Assembly: GCA_963724295.1 (NCBI GenBank)
Contig: CAVRUC010000005.1
Span: 192,001 to 256,000, forward strand
Origin: an uncultured Chloroflexia bacterium
Lineage (GTDB): Bacteria; Chloroflexota; Chloroflexia; Thermomicrobiales; UBA6265
Direction of reading: 5' to 3'
Length of the DNA stretch: 64,000 nt
Below the pieces are notes generated by a model. The model saw only the letters and a program-made list of their open reading frames with translations, was not told where the DNA came from and did not search any database. The translations under genes and the position numbers were made by a program. Position 1 is the stretch's first letter, and the number at the start of each line of letters is the position of its first letter. This document shows positions 9,514 through 20,359 of this stretch, piece by piece.

Positions 9514-10301
9514 CTTCTGACCTGGGCATGTCGCCAGGCCAGCATGACCCCCTGCATCAAACAGACTGCCGCCAGCCCGAACAACAGGCCGCCGACCACG
9601 TCCGACGGCCAATGCACCCCGAGGCGCACGCGTGAGAGGGCAATGAGGGCCATCATGGCAATGGCAAAGATCTGGATGCCGCGCGCGACGAGTCGATTCG
9701 CGATCGCCTGCGGCGCGATGATCGCGATCGCGCCATAGAGAAGCGCCGCGCCCAGCGCGTGACCGCTCGGGAATCCCAGCCCGTCCGCCTTGGCGACGAT
9801 CACAACGGCTTCGATCGACGGTCGCGGGCTGGCGATCACCACCTTCAAGACCGGCCCGATAGCACGCAGCGCCGCCGCAAGCCCGAGGAACAGCGCCAGG
9901 TCGCGACGCCCGAGAACGGTCAATAGCGCCACGCCAATGACCGCGAGCACGAACATCGACGGAAAGTCGTCGCCGATCAGACTGATGACTCCAGCGACAG
10001 CATCGATCGTTCCCGAAGTCGGCCGCTGCACCGCACGCGCGATCGCGATGTCGCCGGGCACCGTTCCTGGCCCAGCGGCAACCACGGCCAGGACGAGCGC
10101 GGCAAGCAGCAACGCGAGACCCCCAAGCAGCCATCTGCTTGACGTTTCCCCCTCTCCTGCCTTCGACGGTCCGGGTACCAACGAAGTGTCTGGCGGGTAG
10201 GGGGGTGAGAGCCGGCCACCGTTGACGGGAGTCGATCGTCCCGATTCTTCGCGAAAGTCTTGACAAATCTCGCTATTCCTCGTAAGGTCACCCGTGTCCA
10301 A
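9510..10301 (-). CDS. PAP2-family membrane phosphatase (true start probably downstream of 10301)
   Basis: LKVVIASPRP, FPSGH and SRVRLGVHWPSDV motifs, several hydrophobic helices. Confidence 0.88.
   Translation of the reverse strand: MDTGDLTRNSEICQDFREESGRSTPVNGGRLSPPYPPDTSLVPGPSKAGEGETSSRWLLGGLALLLAALVLAVVAAGPGTVPGDIAIARAVQRPTSGTIDAVAGVISLIGDDFPSMFVLAVIGVALLTVLGRRDLALFLGLAAALRAIGPVLKVVIASPRPSIEAVVIVAKADGLGFPSGHALGAALLYGAIAIIAPQAIANRLVARGIQIFAIAMMALIALSRVRLGVHWPSDVVGGLLFGLAAVCLMQGVMLAWRHAQVRS
10260..10288 (+). promoter_or_regulatory. Sigma70-type promoter for argG
   Basis: TTGACA (10260-10265), 17-bp spacer, TAAGGT (10283-10288). Confidence 0.7.
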
Positions 10302-10312
10302 CGGCGGGCACT

Positions 10313-10326
10313 TGAATCATCGTGCA
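10313..10326. promoter_or_regulatory. Possible ARG box (ArgR operator)
   Basis: TGAATCATCGTGCA resembles the TGAAT/TGCAT-n4-ATTCA/ATGCA core and lies just downstream of the argG promoter. Only one copy seen. Confidence 0.35.
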
Positions 10327-10481
10327 CTGAACGAAGGTTAGCCGCGCTCATGACGGCGCTCTCGGTCCCGAACCTCCGAACCCGTACTTGCCGGACGGGC
10401 GTTCCCCGTTCGGCCTAGCAGCGACTACCCCAGGTGGGGTGTGTCTGGTTCGCGTTCATCTTCTGACCGGGAGTTCCACAC

Positions 10482-11732
<1,251 letters not shown>

Positions 11733-11920
11733 CGAAGTTGCATCGGCGGTGGGAGGAACCCTCCCGCTCTCCGCTCGGGCGGCCAGTGCGTCGGTCCCGT
11801 CCGACGCGCTGACGGCCGCCACACCGCGGAACGATCAGCGCATTGCCGCGAACAACTCAGGTGCAGTAGTCATATCTCGACCACCGGCACGCAACATGCA
11901 ATATCTGCTGGGTGGTCCCC

Positions 11921-12240
11921 CGCGACGATGGGGAGGAGTAGGGCCGACAACCGCGCAAGCGACTCAGGGATGGTGGAAGCCTGGGACTCGCGGAATCGCC
12001 CCGAACGCGCCCCGGAGCGGCTGGCCGAAGAACGTCGCCTCTCGCGACAAGTAGGCTCAGGTGGGTGGTTCCCACGGAACGAACAACCGAGAGATGCGCG
12101 CCGCCGGGGATTCCCGGTCGCTCGCAAGAAGGGTGGTACCGCGGGAGCAGACGCCTCTCGCCCCTTCGGTCCGGATGCGGCGCACGTTGCGCCCGCCGGC
12201 GCCGGGCGTCCCGTCGACGTCAGGAACCGAAGGGGGTTCG
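11921..12240 (+). ncRNA. T-box riboswitch, Arg (CGC) specifier, probably translational
   Basis: Stem I with GA motif, AGTA (11937-11940), AGCGA bulge and GGTGGAA loop. GAA-CGC specifier at 12003-12008. Stem II with GAA/AGTA. T-box AAGGGTGGTACCGCG (12129-12143) pairs with CGCCCCTT. No U-tract; CCCCTTCGGT (12161-12170) pairs with ACCGAAGGGG (12226-12235) over the RBS. Confidence 0.9.
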
Positions 12241-12242
12241 TC

Positions 12243-13352
12243 ATGTTTGAAGCGTCCGCCGCGTCGGATCCGCGGCCAGTACCGCACCCGACGCCCAGCT
12301 TGACCCGGGTAGAACCGCAATCCGACCCGTTCACCGAGGCGATCGCCCCGCGCGCGATTTCCCTCGGCGGCCCCGGCGCGGGCAATCTCTCCACCTTCAC
12401 GATCAGCGCGCGCTTGCAAGGGCGGAGCGTCCTCACCGATACGGACCTGACCCGCGACGAAATCGTGGAGGTGATCGGGACCGCTGCCCGGTTGAAGAAG
12501 CTGCGCCAGGCAGGTCAGCCGCACGGATACCTGGCGGGCAAGTCGCTCGGCATGATCTTCCAGCACCCCAGCACCCGCACCCGGGTCGCGTTTGAAGCGG
12601 GTATGGCGCAGCTCGGGGGTCAGGCCATTTTCCTCGGCGTCCACGACTTGCAGATCAAGCGCGGCGAGAGTCTCGCCGACACGGCGCAGGTGTTGAGCCG
12701 CTACGTCGACGGCATCGTCGCTCGCGTCGCCGCGCACAGCGATATCGAGGAGATCGCCGCGGCCTCAGCGGTGCCCGTCCTCAACGGGCTCTCCGACCGG
12801 TGCCACCCGATGCAGGCGCTCAGCGACCTTTTGACGATGCAGGAGGTCTTCGGCGACCTCCCCGGGCGCAAGATCGCCTATCTCGGCGACGGCAATAACA
12901 TGGTCCATTCGCTGCTGCTGACCTGCGCCGTGATGGGCATGAGCGTCACCGTGGCGTCGCCTGAAGGCTACCAGCCCGATCCTGAGGTCGTGAACCACGC
13001 GCGGTGGCTGGCCGCGGCCAGCGGCGCCGATCCCGAGATCGTCATCACTGATGATCCGATGGCAGCCGCCAGCGGCGCCGATGCCATCTACACCGACGTT
13101 CACGTCAGCATGGGTCAGACCGACGCCGCGACCCGAGCCGTAGCCCTGGCGCCGTACAAAGTGACCACCAGGATCATGACCGCGGCAAAGCCGGCGGCCG
13201 TCTTCATGCACTGCCTACCGATGCACCGGGACCAGGAGGTCGAAGCCGTCGTGGCCGACGGACCGCGCTCGATCATCTTCGATCAGGCCGAAAACCGGCT
13301 CCATCTGCAGAAGGCGGTGCTCCTGCACACCCTCTGTCCGACCGTGGCCTAG
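12243..13352 (+). CDS. argF: Ornithine carbamoyltransferase, paralogue 1
   Basis: HPSTRTR, HPMQ, GDGNN, DVHVSMGQ, HCLP, QAENRLH. ATG at 12243 follows the GAAGGGGG RBS. Confidence 0.88.
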   Translation: MFEASAASDPRPVPHPTPSLTRVEPQSDPFTEAIAPRAISLGGPGAGNLSTFTISARLQGRSVLTDTDLTRDEIVEVIGTAARLKKLRQAGQPHGYLAGKSLGMIFQHPSTRTRVAFEAGMAQLGGQAIFLGVHDLQIKRGESLADTAQVLSRYVDGIVARVAAHSDIEEIAAASAVPVLNGLSDRCHPMQALSDLLTMQEVFGDLPGRKIAYLGDGNNMVHSLLLTCAVMGMSVTVASPEGYQPDPEVVNHARWLAAASGADPEIVITDDPMAAASGADAIYTDVHVSMGQTDAATRAVALAPYKVTTRIMTAAKPAAVFMHCLPMHRDQEVEAVVADGPRSIIFDQAENRLHLQKAVLLHTLCPTVA

Positions 13353-13372
13353 GGAGCGATAAAGCGGTGCAC

Positions 13373-14383
13373 ATGGTCATCGACGGTTACAACGCAACAG
13401 GGGCAGGTGGTCAGGTCTTTTCCTGGATCGACGACCCAGCCGCGCGCGTCGCGGCTCCCGGTTTGCACGGCCGCAGCGTTCTCTCCGACCTCGACTTATC
13501 GCGCGCCGACGTCGATGCCCTGGTCGAAACCGCGCTCTGGCTCAAGATCCAGCGGGAGCGAGCGCAACCGCACCCATACCTCGCCGGGAAAACACTGGGC
13601 ATGCTCTTTCAACATCCGAGCACCCGCACCCGCAATGCCTTCCAGGCCGGCATGGAGCAGCTTGGCGGACACGCGACCTTTCTCGGCGCGGACGAGTTGC
13701 AGCTCACCCGCGGCGAGACCCTGCCCGACACCGCCAGGATTCTCAGCCGTTACGTCGACGGTATCGCCGCCCGTTTCTCCGCGCACGACGATCTCATCGT
13801 CTTCATGGGCGGCGCCTCGATTCCGGTCTACAACGCGCTCACCGAACGCTTTCACCCCATCGAGGCGCTGAGCGATTTGTTGACCCTGCACGATCAGTTC
13901 GGCGGCCTCAAGGGACTGAAGCTTGCCTACGTTGGGGATGGCAACAACGTTTGTCACTCGCTGATGCTCAGCGCCGCCGCCGCGGGTATGCACGTCGCCG
14001 TTGCCTCTCCCGACGCCTTCGCACCCGATCACACGCTCGTCGAACGCGGGCGGGAGCTTGCGGCACAGGCCGGCGGGTCGGTCCTCGTCACCGAAGACCC
14101 GGTACAGGCCGTCACCGGAGCCGACGCGGTCTACACCGACGTCCACGAGAGCATGGGTCAGCCGGACGATCCACAGAAGCGGCTGGTCCTGACGCCATAC
14201 AAGGTGACCGTGGCGCTGATGGCGGAGGCGCGCCCAACCGCTGTCTTCATGCACTGCCTGCCGATGCAACGGGACATGGAGGTGGAAGCGGCCGTAGCGG
14301 ACGGTCCGCAATCGATCGTATTCGAGCAAGCCGCGAACCGGCTGCACATGCACAAGGCCGTGCTCCTGCTGACGATGGGGTAA
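13373..14383 (+). CDS. argF: Ornithine carbamoyltransferase-like, paralogue 2
   Basis: HPSTRTR, HPIE (Q to E), GDGNN, DVHESMGQ, HCLP, QAANRLH. Confidence 0.78.
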   Translation: MVIDGYNATGAGGQVFSWIDDPAARVAAPGLHGRSVLSDLDLSRADVDALVETALWLKIQRERAQPHPYLAGKTLGMLFQHPSTRTRNAFQAGMEQLGGHATFLGADELQLTRGETLPDTARILSRYVDGIAARFSAHDDLIVFMGGASIPVYNALTERFHPIEALSDLLTLHDQFGGLKGLKLAYVGDGNNVCHSLMLSAAAAGMHVAVASPDAFAPDHTLVERGRELAAQAGGSVLVTEDPVQAVTGADAVYTDVHESMGQPDDPQKRLVLTPYKVTVALMAEARPTAVFMHCLPMQRDMEVEAAVADGPQSIVFEQAANRLHMHKAVLLLTMG

Positions 14384-14473
14384 CGCTGACGACATGAGCT
14401 ATGCGGCAGGGCGAGGGCTCTGTCGCCCGGGAATCAAGCTGCACGAGCAGGTGCAAGGAAGGTAGGAACTGCA

Positions 14474-14638
14474 ATGGACGTGACCTGTCCGGAATGTGGC
14501 GCCGAGTTGGCATTGAGCGGGGTCGAGCAGGGAGAGATCGTCACCTGTCCTGACTGTGGGGTCGATCTCGAAGTACTCACCTCCGAGCCGATCACGGTCG
14601 GTCTCGCCCCCGAGGAAGGCGAGGACTGGGGCGAATAG
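14474..14638 (+). CDS. lysW: Amino-group carrier protein LysW (54 aa)
   Basis: Manual translation [54 protein letters not shown]: two CxxC and C-terminal EDWGE, AGGA RBS. Below the ORF-track size cutoff. Confidence 0.97.
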   Translation: MDVTCPECGAELALSGVEQGEIVTCPDCGVDLEVLTSEPITVGLAPEEGEDWGE

Positions 14639-14666
14639 ACGCAAGCCAGAGGTATCTGGAGCGAGG

Positions 14667-15599
14667 ATGACGGCAGAGAAGGGGTCCGCGATGGCAACGG
14701 TAGGCGTGCTCTGTGCGCGCGGTCGAGTCGAAGAAAACGCACTCATGGCGGCGCTGGCGCAAGCTGGCATCGTCTCTGCGCTCTTCCCGCCCGCGGACGA
14801 ACCACTGCCAGTCGGACCGACGTCGCATTCGCCGACCGGGCGTCCCTTCCCCGTGCCGCAGATCGTCGTCGATCGCCATCCAACCCGCCAGATCGCCCGC
14901 GCGGTAATTGCGACGTGCGGTGCGCTCGGTGTACCGGTGCTCTGCGCCGGCATCGCCGCCACTGGCGACCGTCTGGACGTGGCATCTGCCTTGGCCGGCC
15001 ACGATCTGCCACGTCCGCTGACGGCCCTGTGCACCTCGGAAGATGCCGGAATCGAGGCCGTTGCCGCGATGGGACTGCCGGCCACGCTGCTGCCGCTGGA
15101 GCTGAAGTCGGCGCCGATCGCCCTCCTCGACCGGGACGCCGCCGAGGCGGTCCTCGAACACCGCGCCGTGCTTGGCGGCGTCGAAGGTTCCCTGGGGCTC
15201 ATCCAGGCCGGGTCTCCGAGCACCGAACATCTCGTGAACGTGATCGTCGTCGACGGAGCGGCCACCGCCGTCGAGACCAGGACCGGCACCGCTGTTCCGG
15301 ATCAGGCCATGCGCCTCGCCGAGTACGCCGCCGGCGCGCTGAACGCGGACCTCGTGGCCATCGTTATCGCCTTGCGCTCCGGCGGCCCGGTGATCTGGGA
15401 CGCCCGCCCGGTCCCGGATTTTCGCGACGCGATGCCGATCGGGAATCTCACCGTTGCGCAATCGATCGCCCAGGCAGTCGAGCGCAGACTGCTGACCACG
15501 GCCTCGGGTCTGCCGGGAGAGCGAGACCGGACGTGGACCGGTATCTCCTCCAGCACCCAAGGACAAGGACTGCGACGTGATCTCGTCATCAGTGCCTGA
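14667..15599 (+). CDS. Degenerate LysX/RimK-like ATP-grasp protein
   Basis: LysX-like N-terminus (VGVLCARGRVEENALMAAL) and DRDAAEAVLEHR helix, but no KP..GSWG loop and no EVN motif. Start 14667 or 14691. Confidence 0.7.
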   Translation: MTAEKGSAMATVGVLCARGRVEENALMAALAQAGIVSALFPPADEPLPVGPTSHSPTGRPFPVPQIVVDRHPTRQIARAVIATCGALGVPVLCAGIAATGDRLDVASALAGHDLPRPLTALCTSEDAGIEAVAAMGLPATLLPLELKSAPIALLDRDAAEAVLEHRAVLGGVEGSLGLIQAGSPSTEHLVNVIVVDGAATAVETRTGTAVPDQAMRLAEYAAGALNADLVAIVIALRSGGPVIWDARPVPDFRDAMPIGNLTVAQSIAQAVERRLLTTASGLPGERDRTWTGISSSTQGQGLRRDLVISA

Positions 15600-16680
15600 C
15601 ATCGCACCGGCAGCCGCGTCCGGGACCGTGGCGCCGGGAGATTACGACGTCGACCTGCTGCGGCGTATGGTCGAGATCCCAAGTCTGTCCGACGAGGAGC
15701 ATGCGGCAGTGGCGGAGCTCTGCCGTCAGATGGAGGCGCGCGGCTTTCGCGCCGAGATCGACGCCGCTGGCAACGCGATAGGAGTGATTGGCTCCGGAGA
15801 GCGCCATATCGTGCTCCTCGGGCATATCGACACGGTCCCCGGTCAGATCCCGGTCCGCATCGAGAACGGCGAGTTGTGGGGCCGCGGCGCGGTCGACGCC
15901 AAGGGACCGCTCTGCACGTTCGTCGCCGCGGCCGCCGCGGCCGCGCCGGACCTCAGCGCCACGGTCACGGTCGTCGGTGCGGTCGGGGAGGAGCGTCTCG
16001 GTTCTCCCGGCGCTAATGCCGTCGCCGCCTGGGATGCCCCGGACTACTGCGTCATCGGCGAGCCAAGCGGCTGGGACGCCGTCTGCCTCGGCTACCGCGG
16101 CACACTCGGGTTCCACTACCGGCTGCGCCAACCATCACGCCACAGCGCCGGACCCGGCGAATCAGCCGGCGAGCAAGCGATCGCGTTCTGGAACGCCTTG
16201 GTGGCCGAGCTCGATGCCATGAACACCGCAAGTGGTGCCACCACCGGGTTTACGACTATCGCTCCCGCCCTGCGCGAGATGCGCTCCGGCGGGAACGGGT
16301 TGGAAGACGAAGCCGTCATGTCGATTGGTCTTCGCCTCCCACCCGGAGTCGATACGGACCGGCTCCACGGACGCCTGCGGGAGCTCGCCGCTCCGGCGGT
16401 CATTGAGGTCGACGGAGTGCAGCCGGGCTTTCGCTCGCCGAAGCAGACGCCGCTGGTGCCGCCGTTCCTGCGCGCGATTCGTGCCGCGGGCGGTTCGCCC
16501 CGCTTCACCCTGAAGCTGGGAACCTCTGACATGACTGTCGTCGGCCCGGTCTGGAACTGCCCCATGGTCACCTACGGCCCGGGAGATGCGTCACTCGACC
16601 ACACGCCTCACGAGCGGATCGATCTCGAGCACTACGGTCTTGCCATCCGCGTCCTGCGTGATGTCCTGGTGTCGCTATGA
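15577..16680 (+). CDS. lysK: [LysW]-lysine/[LysW]-ornithine hydrolase (M20 family)
   Basis: LLGHIDTVPG, GRGAVDAKGP, VGEE, IGEPSGW, GTSDM, YGPGDASLDHTPHE; lies in the LysW cluster. Confidence 0.93.
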   Translation: MISSSVPDIAPAAASGTVAPGDYDVDLLRRMVEIPSLSDEEHAAVAELCRQMEARGFRAEIDAAGNAIGVIGSGERHIVLLGHIDTVPGQIPVRIENGELWGRGAVDAKGPLCTFVAAAAAAAPDLSATVTVVGAVGEERLGSPGANAVAAWDAPDYCVIGEPSGWDAVCLGYRGTLGFHYRLRQPSRHSAGPGESAGEQAIAFWNALVAELDAMNTASGATTGFTTIAPALREMRSGGNGLEDEAVMSIGLRLPPGVDTDRLHGRLRELAAPAVIEVDGVQPGFRSPKQTPLVPPFLRAIRAAGGSPRFTLKLGTSDMTVVGPVWNCPMVTYGPGDASLDHTPHERIDLEHYGLAIRVLRDVLVSL

Positions 16681-17591
16681 CCGCACCCGGTCTCAACGGT
16701 CACTCCCGCCTCGCTGCATCCCGTCCCGACCGGCTCGGGGTGCTCGTCTCCTACCTCCGCCCCGAGGAGAAGTCGATCCTGGCCGCGGCCCGCGATCGCG
16801 GCATCGAAGTCGCGCCGATTTTCGATCGCGATCTCGTGCTCGATCTGTCGTCGCCACACGCTCCGGGCAGTGGGCTCGATTTCGACGTCGTCCTCGACCG
16901 CTGCGTCGCCCACTCGCGCTCCGGTTACACCTTGCGCGCGCTGCGACGCTGGGGCGTCCCGACCCTGAATACCGCCGAGGCGGTCCGGCTCTGCGACGAC
17001 AAGGCCGAGAACAGCCTGGTTCTGGAGGCGGCTGGCATCCCTACTCCACGCACGCTGATCGCCTTCGACGTCGCATCCGCGCTGCGGGCCTGCGAAACCC
17101 TCGGCTATCCCGCCGTGCTCAAACCGGTCACCGGCTCCTGGGGCCGCCTCCTGGCCCGCGTCAATGGACCCGATCAGGCGCGGACGGTGCTGGAGCAGAA
17201 GAAAGAGCTTGGCTCCTTCCATCACGCGATCTTTTATGTCCAGGAATACGTCGAAAAACCGGACCGGGACATCCGCGCCTACGTCGTCGGTGACCGCGTG
17301 CTGGCTGCGTCATACCGCACCGCGAAGCACTGGGTCACGAACGCCGCCCGTGGCGCCGAGTCCGTGCCCTGTCCGATCACCCCCGATATCGAGGAGCTTG
17401 CCCTCCGCGCCTGCGCCGCTGTCGGCGCCCGCCTGGCCGGTGTCGATCTGATCGAGACTGGTGAAGGTCTGGAGGTCATCGAGGTCAATACCGGCGGCGA
17501 GTTCAAAGGACTCATGTCCACCACCGACGTCGACATCGCCGGCGCAATCGTCGACGAGGCCATGCGCACGGCGCGTCTGGGAGTCGCATGA
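16677..17591 (+). CDS. argX: Glutamate--LysW ligase-like (ArgX-type signature)
   Basis: [40 protein letters not shown]. The GL after EFK resembles the ArgX 'GF' signature. Confidence 0.72.
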   Translation: MTAPGLNGHSRLAASRPDRLGVLVSYLRPEEKSILAAARDRGIEVAPIFDRDLVLDLSSPHAPGSGLDFDVVLDRCVAHSRSGYTLRALRRWGVPTLNTAEAVRLCDDKAENSLVLEAAGIPTPRTLIAFDVASALRACETLGYPAVLKPVTGSWGRLLARVNGPDQARTVLEQKKELGSFHHAIFYVQEYVEKPDRDIRAYVVGDRVLAASYRTAKHWVTNAARGAESVPCPITPDIEELALRACAAVGARLAGVDLIETGEGLEVIEVNTGGEFKGLMSTTDVDIAGAIVDEAMRTARLGVA

Positions 17592-18505
17592 ACGCTCCCC
17601 TGATCGTCGGCGTCCTTCTCTCTCGTGTGCGCGTCGAGGAAAAGCTGCTTCTCGCCGAGCTGGAGCGGCGCGGTGTCGAGATCGTTCGCTTCGACGACCG
17701 CGAGTTCTGGCTCGACCTCGGCGCCCCCGACCTTTCGATGCTGCGCTGCGATGTCGTGCTGGAGCGCTGCATCAACCACCTGCGCGCCCTCTATACCTTA
17801 CGCGTCCTGAACGATTGGGACGTACCGACCGTCAACAGCTACGAGGTGGCCAACATCTGCGGCGACAAGCTTCTCACCTCGACCGCATTGGAACGGGCCG
17901 GCATTCCCACGCCGCGGACGCTGATCGCCTTCACGCCCGAATCGGCATTGGCGGCGTGCGAGGAGATCGGTTACCCGGTGGTCATGAAACCCGCAGTTGG
18001 CTCCTGGGGCCGGCTGCTGGCCCGGGTCAACGACCGGGACGCGGCGGAAGCCCTGCTGGAGCATAAGGTCACGCTCGGCTCATTTCACCACGGCGCCTTC
18101 TACATTCAGGAGTTCGTGCGCAAACCGGGCCGCGACATCCGCACTTTCGTCGTCGGCGACGAAACGATCTGTGCGATCTACCGCGATTCTCCGCACTGGA
18201 TCACGAACACCGCCCGCGGCGCCTCGGCCAGCAACTGCCCGGTGAGCGACGAGCTGCATGCACTCTCCCAGGCAGCCGCGGCTGCTGTCGGCGGCGGCGT
18301 GGTGGCCATCGATCTCTTCGAGAGCGACCGCGGTCTGCTGGTCAATGAGGTCAACTACACCATGGAGTTCCGCAACAGCATCGACACTACCGGGGTCGAT
18401 ATCCCGGCCCGCATCGTTGACTACGTTATCGCGGTCGGTCAGGCGGAACGAGATCGCCGCGACGTGTTAATGGCTCCCGCCGTCGCCGCGGCTGCCGGCG
18501 ATTGA
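17588..18505 (+). CDS. lysX: Alpha-aminoadipate--LysW ligase
   Basis: [33 protein letters not shown] (LysX 'NS' signature). Confidence 0.92.
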   Translation: MNAPLIVGVLLSRVRVEEKLLLAELERRGVEIVRFDDREFWLDLGAPDLSMLRCDVVLERCINHLRALYTLRVLNDWDVPTVNSYEVANICGDKLLTSTALERAGIPTPRTLIAFTPESALAACEEIGYPVVMKPAVGSWGRLLARVNDRDAAEALLEHKVTLGSFHHGAFYIQEFVRKPGRDIRTFVVGDETICAIYRDSPHWITNTARGASASNCPVSDELHALSQAAAAAVGGGVVAIDLFESDRGLLVNEVNYTMEFRNSIDTTGVDIPARIVDYVIAVGQAERDRRDVLMAPAVAAAAGD

Positions 18506-19263
18506 TGAGTGTCATGTCGGAGCAGATTGAAACCCGGCTGGATTACGACAGACGCGCGACCGAGTTTGCCCTCCATCGCAAGATCCATCCTGAAGTCCTT
18601 CGCGAGCTCCTCGGCAGCGGTTTGTTCGGTCCGGAAACGCGTGTCCTGGACGTCGGTTGCGGTACAGGAAACTACGCCGCCGCACTGACCGCGGAAACGA
18701 GTTGCCGAATCTCCGGCGTCGATCCCTCAGAGAGGATGCTCGACTGGGCCCGCGACGCCGCGTCATGGGAATCCCTGACAAAGTCTGACGCGGAGCATCT
18801 GCCGTTCGGCGCCGGAGCGTTCGACGTCGTCATGTCGACCGACGTCATTCACCACATTCGGGATCGTGACGGCTACTTCCGTGAGGCGGCCAGGGTGCTG
18901 CGAGCCGGGGGTCATCTCGTGACCGTCACTGATTCGCACGACACCATTCCGCGGCGGCGTCCCCTCTCCAGCCACTTTCCGGAAACGGTCGGAGTCGAGC
19001 TGCAGCGCTATCCGCCGGTACCACGGTTGCTGGAGGAGATGGGTCGCGCCGGGTTCGTCGAGCCTCGCATTGTCGAGGTCTCGCGCGACTACGAGCTCGA
19101 CGATATCCAGGCCTACCGGGACCGGGCATTCTCCTCGCTCCTCCTGATCGAGGAGGAGGCGTTTCGCCGCGGGATAAGCCGTCTGGAAGCGGACCTGGCA
19201 CGGGGACCCATCCCGTGCGTCTCTCTCTACACGATGATTTGGGGACAATTACCCTGCTCGTAA
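18505..19263 (+). CDS. Class I SAM-dependent methyltransferase
   Basis: VLDVGCGTG, GVDPSERML, AEHLPF..FDVV, EAARVLRAGG; start overlaps the lysX stop. Confidence 0.88.
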   Translation: MSVMSEQIETRLDYDRRATEFALHRKIHPEVLRELLGSGLFGPETRVLDVGCGTGNYAAALTAETSCRISGVDPSERMLDWARDAASWESLTKSDAEHLPFGAGAFDVVMSTDVIHHIRDRDGYFREAARVLRAGGHLVTVTDSHDTIPRRRPLSSHFPETVGVELQRYPPVPRLLEEMGRAGFVEPRIVEVSRDYELDDIQAYRDRAFSSLLLIEEEAFRRGISRLEADLARGPIPCVSLYTMIWGQLPCS

Positions 19264-19298
19264 TGCCTGTGGCGGGATATGGAGGCAGTAGTCAACCG

Positions 19299-20342
19299 AT
19301 GAACGTTTCGATTATTGGCGGCAGCGGATACGCGGGCGGGGAGCTGGTTCGCCTCCTGCTCGATCATCCCGAGGTCACGATCCAGCAGGTGACATCCGAG
19401 CGCAACGCCGGCAAATTCGTCCGTTCGGTTCATCCCAACTTGCGCAAGCGATCCGACCTCAAGTTCTCGGCACTGGCCGACTTGCAACCGGCTGACGTCA
19501 TCTTCAGCGCATTGCCGCACGGCGTCGCCATGGGTCAGATGGCCGAGCTGCGTCAGAAGGCGCCGATCGTCATTGACCTCAGCGCCGACTTCCGGCTGCG
19601 CGATGCCGCCGACTACCCGAAGTGGTACGGCCATGAACACCAGGACCCGGAGCTGCTGGAATCGTTCGTCTACGGCATACCGGAGCTCCATCGCGAGGAG
19701 CTGCGCGACGCCGATCTGATCTCCAGCGCCGGCTGCATGGCCGCGACCAGCATCCTCGGTCTCTATCCCCTCTTCCAGGCGAAGGTCGTTGATCTCTCCC
19801 GCCCGGTCGTGGTCGAGGCCAAGACCGGATCGTCCGGGTCGGGCGGCGCACCCGGACTCGGGTCGCATCATCCCGAACGGAGCGGCGCGATGCGCTCCTT
19901 CAAGCCGACCGGTCACCGCCACTCGGCCGAGATCATCCAGGAGCTGACTGTCGACGGCCAGGGACCAGAGGTCGCCTTCTCCGCCACCGCGATCGAGGCG
20001 GTGCGTGGCATTCTGGCCACCTCCCACGTCTTCCTCGAGGAGCCCTTGCCCGAGAAGGAGATCTGGTCCATCTACCGGGCGGCGTACAAGGACGAGCCAT
20101 TCATGCGGCTGGTCAAGGAGGCCTCCGGTGTCCATCGCTACCCGGAACCGAAGCTCCTTTCCGGCTCCAACTGGTGTGACGTCGGTTTCGAGCGTGATCC
20201 CAATTCCAACCGCATCGTGGTCATGGCCGCGCTCGACAACCTGATGAAAGGCGCTGCAGGCCAGGCGGTGCAGGCCCTCAACATCCGCTGCGGATTCCCG
20301 GAGACGACCGCCCTCGAGTTCGCGGGGCTCCATCCGATTTAG
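19299..20342 (+). CDS. lysY: [LysW]-aminoadipyl/glutamyl-phosphate reductase (ArgC family)
   Basis: IIGGSGYAGGEL, IDLSADFRL, YGIPELHR, AGC, SHHPERSG, GHRH, DNLMKGAAGQAVQ. Confidence 0.92.
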   Translation: MNVSIIGGSGYAGGELVRLLLDHPEVTIQQVTSERNAGKFVRSVHPNLRKRSDLKFSALADLQPADVIFSALPHGVAMGQMAELRQKAPIVIDLSADFRLRDAADYPKWYGHEHQDPELLESFVYGIPELHREELRDADLISSAGCMAATSILGLYPLFQAKVVDLSRPVVVEAKTGSSGSGGAPGLGSHHPERSGAMRSFKPTGHRHSAEIIQELTVDGQGPEVAFSATAIEAVRGILATSHVFLEEPLPEKEIWSIYRAAYKDEPFMRLVKEASGVHRYPEPKLLSGSNWCDVGFERDPNSNRIVVMAALDNLMKGAAGQAVQALNIRCGFPETTALEFAGLHPI

Positions 20343-20359
20343 CGCGCGTCTCGTGCGAA

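Noticed and set aside
11928..12242. 105-aa N-terminal extension of argF1 in the ORF track
   Set aside because: The region is the T-box RNA; the RBS supports ATG 12243
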